Source of the DNA: an uncultured Clostridia bacterium
GTDB lineage: Bacteria > Bacillota > Clostridia > Christensenellales > UBA1242
Direction: 5' to 3'
Assembly (NCBI GenBank): GCA_934746645.1
Contig: CAKVFE010000003.1
Location: 68,997 to 132,996 of the forward strand
Length of the DNA stretch: 64,000 nt
Positions 11,281 to 21,171 of this stretch are shown one piece after another. Made by a program: the position numbers and the translations under genes. Below the pieces are notes generated by a model. The model saw only the letters and a list, made by a program, of their open reading frames with translations. It had not been told where the DNA came from and ran no database searches. Within the stretch, counting starts at the first letter, position 1. Every line of letters starts with the position of its first letter.

Positions 11281-12339
11281 ATGGACGGAATAAAAAGTGA
11301 TTTAAATGTGCATGTGGACGGATATGCCAACAACAAAGAAGCACTTATAAAAATACTAACTTTGGCAGAAGAAAATGGTGTTAAGGCTATAAGTCTTTTA
11401 GAACAAGATGCACTTAACTTGTATAAAGAAAAAAGTGTATTTTGTGATATGGTAAAATCTGGGGAAGTAGAAAACTATTATACTGGCAAACTTATCGCTG
11501 GTTGTGAACTTACTTGTACTGTCAATAATACTGACCCTACTAAATATGCTTTTAATTTTAATGGACATAATGTTCATATAACATTACTTAATTTTGATGT
11601 TAAATTTGTTGAAGGACTTAAATGGTTTGACCCCAAATTTAAAGCAAAATGTATACAAAAAGATATCAAACCTTTCTGCAAACTTCTTAAACAATATGGC
11701 ATAGAAATTCCTAAGAAAAACTATTTTAATTATCACAAAGGTTTGGCTTATCAATTGTGGGATTATATGCACGAAGATGACAAAAGACTTAAAAAATTTG
11801 AGAGTATTGTGGGACATTATCCCAATGTGTTTAGTTTTGTAAAAAATCTATTTGAAGACCCAACATCAAAGCTATACTTTAAGCCATCATATATACCTTA
11901 TCTAACAGATGTATTAAGTTTTGCTAGAAAGGCAAAAGGTCGTATTTATATTTCTCACCCAAACTATATGAATCAAAAGTTTAATACAATAAGTTATTTG
12001 GAAGCACTTATTAATGTAAAGACCGAGTATGGTTTCCCATTTGATGGTATAGAAGTCTATGATGGACAAAATTCTGTAATAGAAACAAAAGTCCTTAGTG
12101 ACTATGCTAGAACTAGAAATCTAGAAGTGTCTGGTAATGGCGAATTTAGATATTTGTATAGTGAATCCAATCCAGAAGGAAAGGCTATGATTATGTATGA
12201 TAATGCAAAACATTATTATGTTCCAAAGCCGGGATTTTTAGTAAAGAACTTTATGGAAACAAGACAAGGCGACTTGACACTTAACGAAAGATTTATAGAT
12301 AGATTTGAAGACATAAGAGAAACTCCAAGATTTGAATAA
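11281..12339 (+). CDS. Hypothetical protein, possibly a PHP-like fold with degenerate metal ligands
   Basis: 352-aa ORF with RBS AAAGGAA. The N-terminal DLNVHVDG…GVKAISLLEQD loosely resembles PHP motifs; function is unsupported. Confidence 0.35.
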   Translation: MDGIKSDLNVHVDGYANNKEALIKILTLAEENGVKAISLLEQDALNLYKEKSVFCDMVKSGEVENYYTGKLIAGCELTCTVNNTDPTKYAFNFNGHNVHITLLNFDVKFVEGLKWFDPKFKAKCIQKDIKPFCKLLKQYGIEIPKKNYFNYHKGLAYQLWDYMHEDDKRLKKFESIVGHYPNVFSFVKNLFEDPTSKLYFKPSYIPYLTDVLSFARKAKGRIYISHPNYMNQKFNTISYLEALINVKTEYGFPFDGIEVYDGQNSVIETKVLSDYARTRNLEVSGNGEFRYLYSESNPEGKAMIMYDNAKHYYVPKPGFLVKNFMETRQGDLTLNERFIDRFEDIRETPRFE

Positions 12340-12360
12340 TAAAAAAGTTTGAATATTAAA

Positions 12361-12392
12361 AAAGATAAGGCAGATAATGTCTTATTTTTTTT
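12361..12392 (+). terminator. Rho-independent terminator
   Basis: ATAAGGCA/TGTCTTAT hairpin plus T8. Confidence 0.65.
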
Positions 12393-12474
12393 AATATTGA
12401 TAAAAACAATTTGAGTTTTTTAATAATATATTTTATTTATGCACACACTAAAATTAAATTAGTAGGGTATAAAA

Positions 12475-12705
12475 ATGAATAAAGAATATTGTTATAAACT
12501 TAATTATTTGGTTAATAATCATAATGGTAATGATACTATTAACAAAATTGAAAACTTAAAACATAGTATTAATAAAGAGGACTATATATCTAATGCTAAA
12601 CAATTGTATAGAGAAAATGCTCAATTGTTTAAGTCTATAGCAGAAGAAAATATAGTTACTATTACCGATTATAATGATTATATTAACTGGATAGGCAATG
12701 ATTGA
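12475..12705 (+). CDS. Putative cognate antitoxin of MazF (non-canonical; no obvious RHH/AbrB N-terminal domain)
   Basis: 76-aa ORF whose stop overlaps the mazF start (ATGATTGA). The acidic/aromatic C-terminal tail …[12 protein letters not shown] is reminiscent of MazE toxin-binding tails. Confidence 0.4.
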   Translation: MNKEYCYKLNYLVNNHNGNDTINKIENLKHSINKEDYISNAKQLYRENAQLFKSIAEENIVTITDYNDYINWIGND

Positions 12706-13051
12706 CGAAATAAAAAGAGGCGAATTGTATTATGCTGATTTAAGTCCTGTTGTTGGTAGCGAACAGGGTGGTGTTAGACCTGTACTTGTAGTCCAAAATG
12801 ATATTGGCAATAAGTATAGTCCAACCATTATTGCAGCAGCAGTTACAAGTCAAATTAATAAGGCTAGGATACCGACACATATCGAACTTAGCGCTAGTGA
12901 GTTTGGGCTAAAGAAAGACTCAGTCGTTTTGCTTGAGCAGTTGCGTACTTTAGACAAAAGAAGATTGAAAGAAAAAATTGGTACACTCAATTTTAACAAA
13001 ATGAAAATGGTGGATTCGGCACTGCTTATAAGTTTAGGGTTTGTTGATTAA
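12698..13051 (+). CDS. mazF: MazF/EndoA (PemK-family) mRNA interferase toxin
   Basis: [29 protein letters not shown]…IPTHIEL… closely follows the EndoA/MazF pattern. Confidence 0.88.
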   Translation: MIDEIKRGELYYADLSPVVGSEQGGVRPVLVVQNDIGNKYSPTIIAAAVTSQINKARIPTHIELSASEFGLKKDSVVLLEQLRTLDKRRLKEKIGTLNFNKMKMVDSALLISLGFVD

Positions 13052-13072
13052 ATGGCATTTTGCCATTTTTTT
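13051..13072 (+). terminator. Terminator after mazF
   Basis: AATGGCA-TTT-TGCCATT plus T-run. Confidence 0.7.
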
Positions 13073-13169
13073 ATTTAGTATTTTTATAATGTTTTTATAG
13101 TATATATGTAGTGTATTTAATATGTAGAAATTAACATTAAAAATATGCGAAAAAATTAAAAAATGGGTA

Positions 13170-13198
13170 TTGCAATTTGATGTAAATAATGGTACAAT
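13170..13198 (+). promoter_or_regulatory. Candidate promoter
   Basis: TTGCAA, 17-nt spacer, TGgTACAAT (extended -10). Confidence 0.5.
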
Positions 13199-13227
13199 GT
13201 GTAAGCAAAATAAAAAGGTGGTATTTT

Positions 13228-14184
13228 ATGAAAAATTTTTCTAAAGAAGAATTTGTTACACTTGATGAATTTACTAAAAATGAATATAAAACTATGTCAG
13301 AATATTTAACTACTCTTACAAAGGCTTTTGCTGATGCTGGCATTAAGAATTTGTTTACTGAAAAAGAATTGAAGAAAGTAGCTTATGTTGCTGACTGTGA
13401 TAAGATTCATAGAGATGCATACATGGTTATGCAACCTACATTTGAATCATTAAAAGATTTTTGTGATAAATACATATTGGTTGAAAGCCCAATGAAAAAC
13501 TTTATTTTGGCTCAACTTGTAAAAGGTAAAGCTATCTATCGTGGTGGAGATATTAGAAGATTTGAAAATAAAGGTTATATCGAAATTCTTAAACGCAATA
13601 TTAAGGAATATCTAGAAAATCCTACAAGACTTCCTAAAGCAATTATTAAGAAAAAAGAACCTGTTAAACCTAATACCAACCAATCTAGATTAAAACAACC
13701 TAGAGTATTTACTCTAAAAGATAAAGAAGAATTGGTTAAACCTAATGAAGAAACAATGCAAGCTTTAAGAGAATTGGAAATTGAATATCAAAGACTTGTA
13801 AAAGCTGATATTGAGCAAGTTGTTGACAATCAAAATCCAACTCGCAATCACAACGACCGTTATCATGTTTCTTTAACTGAAGAAATGGAATCTTATGCTA
13901 GTGCTAAAGTATTGAGAAATAAAAAAGATCAAAAAATTAGAACTAGAGCTAAAGAACTTACTAAAGAATTTAGAGAATATCGTGAACAACAAGATTCTGT
14001 ATTGCCATCTTTGGCTAGACATAAAAAGAATATGAGACAATTTGCAGCATTCAAAGGCAACACAATGAAGAAAGCAATTAGAGAACAAGACCAAATCATC
14101 GAGCAAGTAGGTGGAGAAGATAATATGAAAGATAGACTTGTAGAGTCTACACCTATTGTTGTTGAAAAAACAAAAGATAGATAA
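13228..14184 (+). CDS. Hypothetical K/E-rich soluble protein (orphan)
   Basis: ATG 13228 follows AAAGGTGG. 318 codons with no recognisable motif. Confidence 0.6.
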   Translation: MKNFSKEEFVTLDEFTKNEYKTMSEYLTTLTKAFADAGIKNLFTEKELKKVAYVADCDKIHRDAYMVMQPTFESLKDFCDKYILVESPMKNFILAQLVKGKAIYRGGDIRRFENKGYIEILKRNIKEYLENPTRLPKAIIKKKEPVKPNTNQSRLKQPRVFTLKDKEELVKPNEETMQALRELEIEYQRLVKADIEQVVDNQNPTRNHNDRYHVSLTEEMESYASAKVLRNKKDQKIRTRAKELTKEFREYREQQDSVLPSLARHKKNMRQFAAFKGNTMKKAIREQDQIIEQVGGEDNMKDRLVESTPIVVEKTKDR

Positions 14185-14232
14185 AACCTAAAAATAGTGC
14201 CTAAATGATGTAAATTTGCCTAAATTTGCATA

Positions 14233-14261
14233 TTGACGAGGCACTTATTTTTTGATATAAT
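14233..14261 (+). promoter_or_regulatory. Candidate promoter
   Basis: TTGACG, 17-nt spacer, TATAAT. Confidence 0.5.
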
Positions 14262-14349
14262 AGTATAAGAAATATTAGAGATGATATTTCTTAAATATAA
14301 CAATATACAAAATACTTTATGTAATACACAACATAAAGGAGGATATATT

Positions 14350-16578
14350 ATGGTTACATTAACACAAGAACAATTAGAAAGTATGAGAAAAGCTATCAGA
14401 ACGATTAGCAATAGAACTCATATTACTATATCTGAACTTAATACTTATCTTATTGCAGGCAAGATGCCAGATAATGTGTACAATGCATTAATCCAAGCTT
14501 TTGGCGTTAAAGATATTAAAGATGTATCTACTTCAAGAGTTGCAATGACAGTAAACAAAGTTTCTTCTATTTATGAAGCTATTATTACTGCTAAAGAAGC
14601 TGAACAAAAGCCTCAAATGCACACTTTGACAGAAGACCAAAAGAAGGGTGTTGAAACTAGTATCGAAAATCTAAACCATTATCTTACTGAACTTCAACTA
14701 TTGCGTGCTGAAGTTGAGAGAAAGTCTAAATCTGCTACTGGTGTTGACAAGCAAAATTATGCAGAACAAAAATCTTCTTTAACTAGAAGCATTAAAGCTA
14801 CAGTAAAAGCAAAAGCTATTTTGCAACATGTTAGCCTAAATGGTGAAGCTGCCGAAGATATATACAACTGGTTGTTTGTAGCTAGTGCTAGAAAAGGTGC
14901 TAAATTAGAACAATTAGATGATGCGTTTAATCAATTTGTAGAAGCTGGTGACAAAACAGCACTTCCTACAGGTAATGCTGCTCATAAACTTGTTAAAGAA
15001 TTTAACAGAATGGCAGAGAAAGGTTTGATTAGTGCTTCTCCTAAAAAACCAGCACCTCAACCAACTCCAAAGCCAGCACCTCAACAACAACCTACTCCTA
15101 ATGATGGTGTAAAACCTCAACCACAAAAACCTACAACAGGTGATGATGGTGACAATGGTGCATCAGCTAGACCAGTTGAGACTGGTACTCCTAGTGCACA
15201 AGAACAAAAACCTCAAGAAACTAAACCTGTTCAACCTAATACACCTTCTGGTAATGATGCAGAAACAAAGAAACCTCAATCAAAAGAAGACCTTTTAGAT
15301 ATGTTTAATAGTGGAGCACAAAAATCTGGTGGATATGATCAAGTAGATGTTGATGATACCCAAACCAAACCTTCAGCTCCAGATAATAACCATACACATG
15401 AACATTCAGATACTAACAATGTAATAAGATATAGAACCTTGAAAGTTAGTAGATGGACAAGATTCCGTAACTGGCTAGGTAAACACTGGTTGTTATTGGG
15501 TACACTAGTTGCTGCTGGTGCATTAGTAACTACAGCATTATTGGGGCCTGGTCTAGCAACTGCAGTTGTAGTTGGTAGAGCAGCTCTATACAACATCTTA
15601 ACATTAGGTACAGTTGTTGTTGCTGCTAACACATTTAAATATTTCTTCTTCCGTAGACATCGTCAAGTTGGTATTGACCAAGGACATTTCTTAAGAAGAG
15701 AAGCTAAAGTTGATAAAAAATTATTAAGCATTGACAGAACAAGATCAAAAATTAGTGATTTGGAATCAAAATTAACAAGTTGTTTAACAAATCCAACTCG
15801 TAATGCTGGAAAAATTAAAGATATATGCAAACAAATAGCTAAATACAACAAACAATTAAAGAAAGAAACAACATTTGTTTGTCGTGAACTTGAAGGAACT
15901 GCTAATCAACGCGGATTCCTAAAAAATGTTGGTAAAGTTTTGCGTATCGTTGTTGGTAAAGCTCCATTGGTATATTATCAAGAAAGACATAATAAACATA
16001 TGGATATCTTGCAAGAAAAATCTAGCAACAAAAAATATTCTGAATTAAGACTTGATGGTAATATTGCTGATGAAATGTTCCAATGGCATTTAATTAGAAG
16101 AAAAATTATTGAAGATGCTAAAGTAACTACAGCAAAAGCAAATAATGATATTGCCAATATTAACAGACAAATCAACAATCTTGGATCTGATGCTAAGAAA
16201 GGATCTACAGTTAGTGTCCTTGAGAGTGTTAGAAAAATATTAGAAAATAATAGAGATAATACTCAAAGTGTAAGTGATTCAGTTAGACTTGTTGATCCTT
16301 GTTCAGCAGAATATGGTCCAGCAGCTAAAGATATAGTTAAGAATAATGAAAGTATTCCACAATATCAATCAAGAAGAAACCAACCTACCGAAGTAGTTAT
16401 TGATGTAGCTGCAAATCAAAAAACTGGCGACTATCACGGTGGTACAACAGTTATCACTAAAACTTACCATTCTAATAAAAAGAGTGCAAACCCTGTAAAT
16501 ATTAGTGGTTTAGGTTCTAAAGAAAATCAACAAAAATTAATTGCTCAAGAAACTCAAGACCAAGGTATGAGTAAATAA
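14350..16578 (+). CDS. Hypothetical large protein with a P/Q/T-rich linker and a central TM hairpin (orphan)
   Basis: ATG 14350 follows AAAGGAGG. Low-complexity PKKPAPQPTPKPAPQQQPTP… at about 15037-15420 and two hydrophobic helices at about 15483-15635. Confidence 0.6.
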   Translation: MVTLTQEQLESMRKAIRTISNRTHITISELNTYLIAGKMPDNVYNALIQAFGVKDIKDVSTSRVAMTVNKVSSIYEAIITAKEAEQKPQMHTLTEDQKKGVETSIENLNHYLTELQLLRAEVERKSKSATGVDKQNYAEQKSSLTRSIKATVKAKAILQHVSLNGEAAEDIYNWLFVASARKGAKLEQLDDAFNQFVEAGDKTALPTGNAAHKLVKEFNRMAEKGLISASPKKPAPQPTPKPAPQQQPTPNDGVKPQPQKPTTGDDGDNGASARPVETGTPSAQEQKPQETKPVQPNTPSGNDAETKKPQSKEDLLDMFNSGAQKSGGYDQVDVDDTQTKPSAPDNNHTHEHSDTNNVIRYRTLKVSRWTRFRNWLGKHWLLLGTLVAAGALVTTALLGPGLATAVVVGRAALYNILTLGTVVVAANTFKYFFFRRHRQVGIDQGHFLRREAKVDKKLLSIDRTRSKISDLESKLTSCLTNPTRNAGKIKDICKQIAKYNKQLKKETTFVCRELEGTANQRGFLKNVGKVLRIVVGKAPLVYYQERHNKHMDILQEKSSNKKYSELRLDGNIADEMFQWHLIRRKIIEDAKVTTAKANNDIANINRQINNLGSDAKKGSTVSVLESVRKILENNRDNTQSVSDSVRLVDPCSAEYGPAAKDIVKNNESIPQYQSRRNQPTEVVIDVAANQKTGDYHGGTTVITKTYHSNKKSANPVNISGLGSKENQQKLIAQETQDQGMSK

Positions 16579-16589
16579 TAAAATTATTA

Positions 16590-16622
16590 AAAGATGAAAG
16601 CAATATACTTTCATCTTTTTTT
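16590..16622 (+). terminator. Rho-independent terminator
   Basis: AGATGAAAG/CTTTCATCT hairpin plus T-run. Confidence 0.7.
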
Positions 16623-16724
16623 GTGTAGGATTAAACATGTGCAAGATTAAATATAAATATTAATTATAAAAAATATATAAATATAACAATATATTAATAA
16701 GTCTTAAAAATAAAATTGATAAAG

Positions 16725-16753
16725 TTGACAATTAATTGTGATTGGTGTATCAT
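16725..16753 (+). promoter_or_regulatory. Candidate promoter of the ileS leader
   Basis: TTGACA, 17-nt spacer, TATCAT. Confidence 0.5.
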
Positions 16754-16759
16754 AAGTGC

Positions 16760-17012
16760 AGTTTAATATAAAAAGGCGTTTTAAAAAAGGACACGCTTAG
16801 TTATCTATATGCTTTACAGAGAGTTGGTTGTATGCTGAGAAACCAATAGTTAGGATAAATAAGTATCACCTTTATAGTTTGATGACTGAACATAATAGTA
16901 AGTTGTTGCGTAGGCTCTGCGTTAGTGAGCAGTGTGTGATTGCACATGATTGTTATAGATGGTAATAATGCTCGGGGCATTGTTTTTGTAACAATGATAC
17001 CGACTTTTTTTA
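16760..17012 (+). promoter_or_regulatory. T-box leader (Ile specifier) with terminator
   Basis: AGAGAG box (16818-16823) and distal GCTGAGA (16834-16840). Candidate specifier ATC followed by A (16865-16868). Terminator TCGG-GGCATTGTT…AACAATGATACCGA plus T7 (16972-17011). Upstream of ileS. Confidence 0.7.
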
Positions 17013-17061
17013 TTTTTGCGTTGTTTTTAAATTAAACTACAATATTTATAAGGAGATTGAC

Positions 17062-20000
17062 ATGTACAATAAAGTTGATGCAAACTTAAACTTTCCTAAA
17101 GAAGAAAAAGACATTTTGGATTTTTGGAAAGAAAATAATGTAAAAAAACAATGTATGTCTAGAAATGCTGGACACAAAAGATTTAATTTTTATGAAGGAC
17201 CACCAACAGCTAATGGTGTTCCACACTCAGGACATGTTTTGACTAGAGTACTAAAAGATGTATTTACTCGTTACAAATCTATGCAAGGATATTTTGTTCC
17301 TCGTAAGGGTGGTTGGGATACTCACGGACTACCAGTCGAATTGTCTGTTGAAAAAGAACTTGGTATTTCTGGTAAACAACAAATTGAAGAATTTGGCGTT
17401 GAAAAATTTATTAAACGCTGTAAAGAAAATGTTTGGAAATATGTTGATATATGGAAAGAGTTCTCTGACCGTGTAGGATATTTTGTAAATATGGAAGATG
17501 ACTACTATGTAACATATTATGATAGTTATATAGAGAGTGTATGGTGGGCTTTAAAAGAATTGGACAAAAAAGGTCTACTATACAAAGGATACAAGATACT
17601 TCCAAGTTGTCCTAGATGTGGTACAGCATTAAGTTCACACGAACTTGCTCAAGGTTATGAAGATAGAAAAGATACTACTGTTGTTGCAAAGTTTAGAACA
17701 GTAGACGATAGCAATACATATTTTCTTGCGTGGACAACAACACCTTGGACATTGCCATCTAACATTGCACTTTGCGTAAATGCTGATGAAGATTATGTAA
17801 AAGTAAAAGCTAATAATGGTGAATATTATATTTTAGCTAAAGCTCTTTTAGGTGCACACTTTAAAGACGGCGAATATGAAATAGTTGATACCTTTAAAGG
17901 TAAAACTCTAGAATATAAAAAATATGTACCATTATTTGATTTTGTAGATAAAAAACAAGCAGAAAAAGGTTATTATGTAACTTGTGACTCTTATGTAACA
18001 TTGACAGATGGTACAGGTATTGTACATATAGCTCCAGCATTTGGTGAAGATGACTCAAAAGTTGGTCATAAATACAATTTGCCATTTATACAATTAGTAG
18101 ACAAATTTGGTAAATTTACAGCTGAATGTGGCAAATATGCTAAAGCAGATGTATTTAGCAAAAATGACGAAATTGTTGAAAATTTAAGAGCAGAAGGAAA
18201 AGTATTTAAGTCACAAAAACATGTACATAGTTATCCACATTGTTGGCGTTGTCATAGCCCACTTATTTACTTTGCAAGAAGTAGTTGGTTTGTAAAAACA
18301 ACTGAGTTAAGACAAGCAATGGTTAAAAACAACAATACAGTTAATTGGCTTCCAGAAAATGTTAAAAATGGTCGTATGGGTAACTTCCTTGAAAACAACA
18401 TTGATTGGTGTTTAAGCCGTGATCGTTATTGGGGCACACCACTTCCAGTATGGATGTGTGAATGTGGACATTATCATGTTATGGGTAGCAAACAAGAACT
18501 TAAAGATTTGTGTCATGTAGACGGAGATATCGAACTTCACAAACCTTATGTTGATGCATTGACAATGACTTGTCCAAAATGTGGCAAACCTATGCATCGT
18601 GAACCAGAAGTTATTGACTGCTGGTTTGACTCTGGTTCTATGCCATTTGCTCAACATCATTATCCTTTTGAAAATCAAGAATTGTTTAAGGAGAGTTTCC
18701 CAGCACAATTTATTAGTGAAGGTATAGACCAAACTCGTGGTTGGTTCTATGCATTGCAAGCTATTTCTACAGCTTTATTTGATAAGAGCCCTTATGAAAC
18801 TTGTATTGCCAATGGTATGGTTGTTGATGACCAAGGTAGAAAGTTGAGTAAGAGTTTGGGTAATTATATCCCACCTATGGAGATGTTAAGTAAGATGGGG
18901 GCTGACCCTGTAAGATGGACTTTCTATACAGGTAGTCAACCTTGGAACAACTTAATTCTAACTGAAAATACAGTTACTGAAAGTCAAAAGAAGTATTTTG
19001 GTACATTGTGGAATACTTATGCATTCTATGTTCTTTATGCAGATATAGACAAATTTGACCCTACAAAATATTCCTTAAAAGATTGCAAACTATCTGTTAT
19101 GGATAGATGGATATTGTCCGAACTTAACAAACTTATCGAATATGTTTGTTCCGAACTAGACAAATTCCATGTTACTGAAAGCAGTAGAGCAATGGAAGAG
19201 TTTGTAGATAAATTGTCCAACTGGTATATAAGACTTGGTCGTAAAAGATATTGGGGAGAAGAATTTACAGAAGATAAAAAGTCTGCGTATGTAACACTTT
19301 ATACAGTACTTTCTACTTATGCAAAATTGTCTGCACCATTTACTCCATTTATGAGTGAAACAATATATCAAAATATTGTAAGAAATTTTGACAATAATCA
19401 ACCTGTTAGTGTACATTTGTGTGACTATCCAGTTGTAGATAAAGCTATGATTGATGAAACATTGAGTAACCAAATGAATCTTGTTAGAGAATATACCGAA
19501 CTTGGTAGAAGTGCTCGTAACTTGTCTGGAATCAAAAATCGTCAACCATTAAACGAATTATACTTAACTGATGCCAACAATAAGACTAACTTAAAAGATG
19601 AATTGATACAAATACTTAAAGACGAACTTAATGTTAAAGATGTAAAACAACATTCTGATTTATCTAAATTTGTTAATTACACACTTAAACCACAATTAAA
19701 GACTATTGGTCCAAAATATGGTAAAAAACTTAACGCTATTAGAGAATTTTTGAGTACTTGTGATGCAATGAGTGTAGTCGCAACAGTTGAAAAAGGCGAA
19801 GTATTTAAGACTATGATTGATGGCGATGAAGTAGAATTTAGCAAAGATGATTTGTTGATTTCTGTAAGTCAAAAAGAAGGTTATGCTTCAGCTACTGACG
19901 GCAATATTGCTGTTATACTTGATACACATCTTACTCAAGAACTTATTGAAGAAGGTATATACAGAGAGTTTGTATCTAAAGTACAAAACTTGCGTAAATC

Positions 20001-20196
20001 TTCCAACTATGTAGTTACTGACCGTATACATATTGAAATTAGTGGAGATAAGGAAGTAGAAAATATTATTCTTAAATTTGCTAATCAAGTTAAACAAGAT
20101 GTACTTGCTTTAAGTGTAGAAGTTGGTACTAATGGTGAATATTCTGAAGAATTTAATCTTAACGATAAAATACTTAGAGTATCTATTAGAAGATAA
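17062..20196 (+). CDS. ileS: Isoleucine--tRNA ligase (long, about 1044 aa, type-2-like form)
   Basis: HIGH-type PHSGH, KMSKS-type KLSKS, and the CP1 editing-domain pattern. Length matches the long IleRS class. Confidence 0.95.
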   Translation: MYNKVDANLNFPKEEKDILDFWKENNVKKQCMSRNAGHKRFNFYEGPPTANGVPHSGHVLTRVLKDVFTRYKSMQGYFVPRKGGWDTHGLPVELSVEKELGISGKQQIEEFGVEKFIKRCKENVWKYVDIWKEFSDRVGYFVNMEDDYYVTYYDSYIESVWWALKELDKKGLLYKGYKILPSCPRCGTALSSHELAQGYEDRKDTTVVAKFRTVDDSNTYFLAWTTTPWTLPSNIALCVNADEDYVKVKANNGEYYILAKALLGAHFKDGEYEIVDTFKGKTLEYKKYVPLFDFVDKKQAEKGYYVTCDSYVTLTDGTGIVHIAPAFGEDDSKVGHKYNLPFIQLVDKFGKFTAECGKYAKADVFSKNDEIVENLRAEGKVFKSQKHVHSYPHCWRCHSPLIYFARSSWFVKTTELRQAMVKNNNTVNWLPENVKNGRMGNFLENNIDWCLSRDRYWGTPLPVWMCECGHYHVMGSKQELKDLCHVDGDIELHKPYVDALTMTCPKCGKPMHREPEVIDCWFDSGSMPFAQHHYPFENQELFKESFPAQFISEGIDQTRGWFYALQAISTALFDKSPYETCIANGMVVDDQGRKLSKSLGNYIPPMEMLSKMGADPVRWTFYTGSQPWNNLILTENTVTESQKKYFGTLWNTYAFYVLYADIDKFDPTKYSLKDCKLSVMDRWILSELNKLIEYVCSELDKFHVTESSRAMEEFVDKLSNWYIRLGRKRYWGEEFTEDKKSAYVTLYTVLSTYAKLSAPFTPFMSETIYQNIVRNFDNNQPVSVHLCDYPVVDKAMIDETLSNQMNLVREYTELGRSARNLSGIKNRQPLNELYLTDANNKTNLKDELIQILKDELNVKDVKQHSDLSKFVNYTLKPQLKTIGPKYGKKLNAIREFLSTCDAMSVVATVEKGEVFKTMIDGDEVEFSKDDLLISVSQKEGYASATDGNIAVILDTHLTQELIEEGIYREFVSKVQNLRKSSNYVVTDRIHIEISGDKEVENIILKFANQVKQDVLALSVEVGTNGEYSEEFNLNDKILRVSIRR

Positions 20197-20210
20197 TAAT
20201 TTATAAATAA

Positions 20211-20250
20211 AAAATCACTATGATAGTTCGTAGTGATTTTTTTGTTTTTT
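20211..20250 (+). terminator. Terminator after ileS
   Basis: AAAATCACTA / TAGTGATTTT hairpin plus T-run. Confidence 0.7.
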
Positions 20251-20378
20251 AACTCTTAATGTTAAAAATACGATTATTATTTATTTAATTTATATATGTT
20301 TATATAGACATATTTGCACATTGGTATATCTTTACATTTTGATATGTGCATTTATTAATATATACAAATCATAAATAT

Positions 20379-20407
20379 TTGACATAATCTTAATATTAGT
20401 TTATGCT
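20379..20407 (+). promoter_or_regulatory. Candidate promoter
   Basis: TTGACA, 17-nt spacer, TATGCT, just upstream of the RBS AGGAG. Confidence 0.4.
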
Positions 20408-20425
20408 TGTCATAGGAGAATAGAT

Positions 20426-21106
20426 ATGATAGATGTTGTATATGAAGATAACCATATTATAGTTGTTATCAAACCACAAAATGTACCAAGCCAAGAAGAT
20501 AGTTCAAAAGACAAAGATATGTTGACTATGGTAAAAGAATATATTAAAGAAAAATATAACAAGCCGGGCAATGTGTATGTTGGACTAGTACATAGACTTG
20601 ATAGACCTACTGGTGGTGTTATGGTATTTGCTAAGACATCAAAAGCTGCAAGTAGACTAAGTGAAGGTATCAAGAACAACGAAGTAAGTAAAAAATACCT
20701 TGCTATTGTTGACGGCGAAGTAAAGCTAAAAAGACAAAGATTGGTAGACTATCTTAAGAAAAATGAAAGTACTAATACAGTTAGTGTAGTAGGTAGAGCA
20801 GTTACTGACGCAAAATATGCTGAGCTTAGTTATGAAGTAGTCAATAGTGTCAACAATACTACTTTAGTTAAAGTAGATTTGGTTACTGGTAGAAGTCATC
20901 AAATAAGAGCACAACTTAGTCATAATGGCAATCCTATATACAACGATTTTAAATATGGTTCAAAGACAAAAGGCAATTTGATGTTGTGGGCTTTCGAACT
21001 TGATTTGGTGCACCCAACCACTAAGCAAAAAATGGTATTTAAAGTATTGCCAGACATGAAAGGTATGTGGCGTTATTATGAAAATGATATCAATAAATTG
21101 GCTTAA
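20426..21106 (+). CDS. RluA-family pseudouridine synthase (no S4 domain)
   Basis: Catalytic HRLDRPTGG motif and the GRSHQIR motif. Confidence 0.85.
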   Translation: MIDVVYEDNHIIVVIKPQNVPSQEDSSKDKDMLTMVKEYIKEKYNKPGNVYVGLVHRLDRPTGGVMVFAKTSKAASRLSEGIKNNEVSKKYLAIVDGEVKLKRQRLVDYLKKNESTNTVSVVGRAVTDAKYAELSYEVVNSVNNTTLVKVDLVTGRSHQIRAQLSHNGNPIYNDFKYGSKTKGNLMLWAFELDLVHPTTKQKMVFKVLPDMKGMWRYYENDINKLA

Positions 21107-21171
21107 TTTAGAGTTTTTTCAAGATATTATAAAAAATGTATTATTAGTTTAATTAGTGTAAAAAAATAAAA

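Noticed and set aside
14197-14245. A long hairpin (AGTGCCT…AGGCACT) with a TGCCTAAAT direct repeat between the two orphan genes, as a special regulatory element
   Set aside because: The stem is short (7 bp), the loop is about 35 nt, and the repeat is only 9 nt in AT-rich DNA. It most simply serves as a weak terminator overlapping the next promoter and is not distinctive enough to call.
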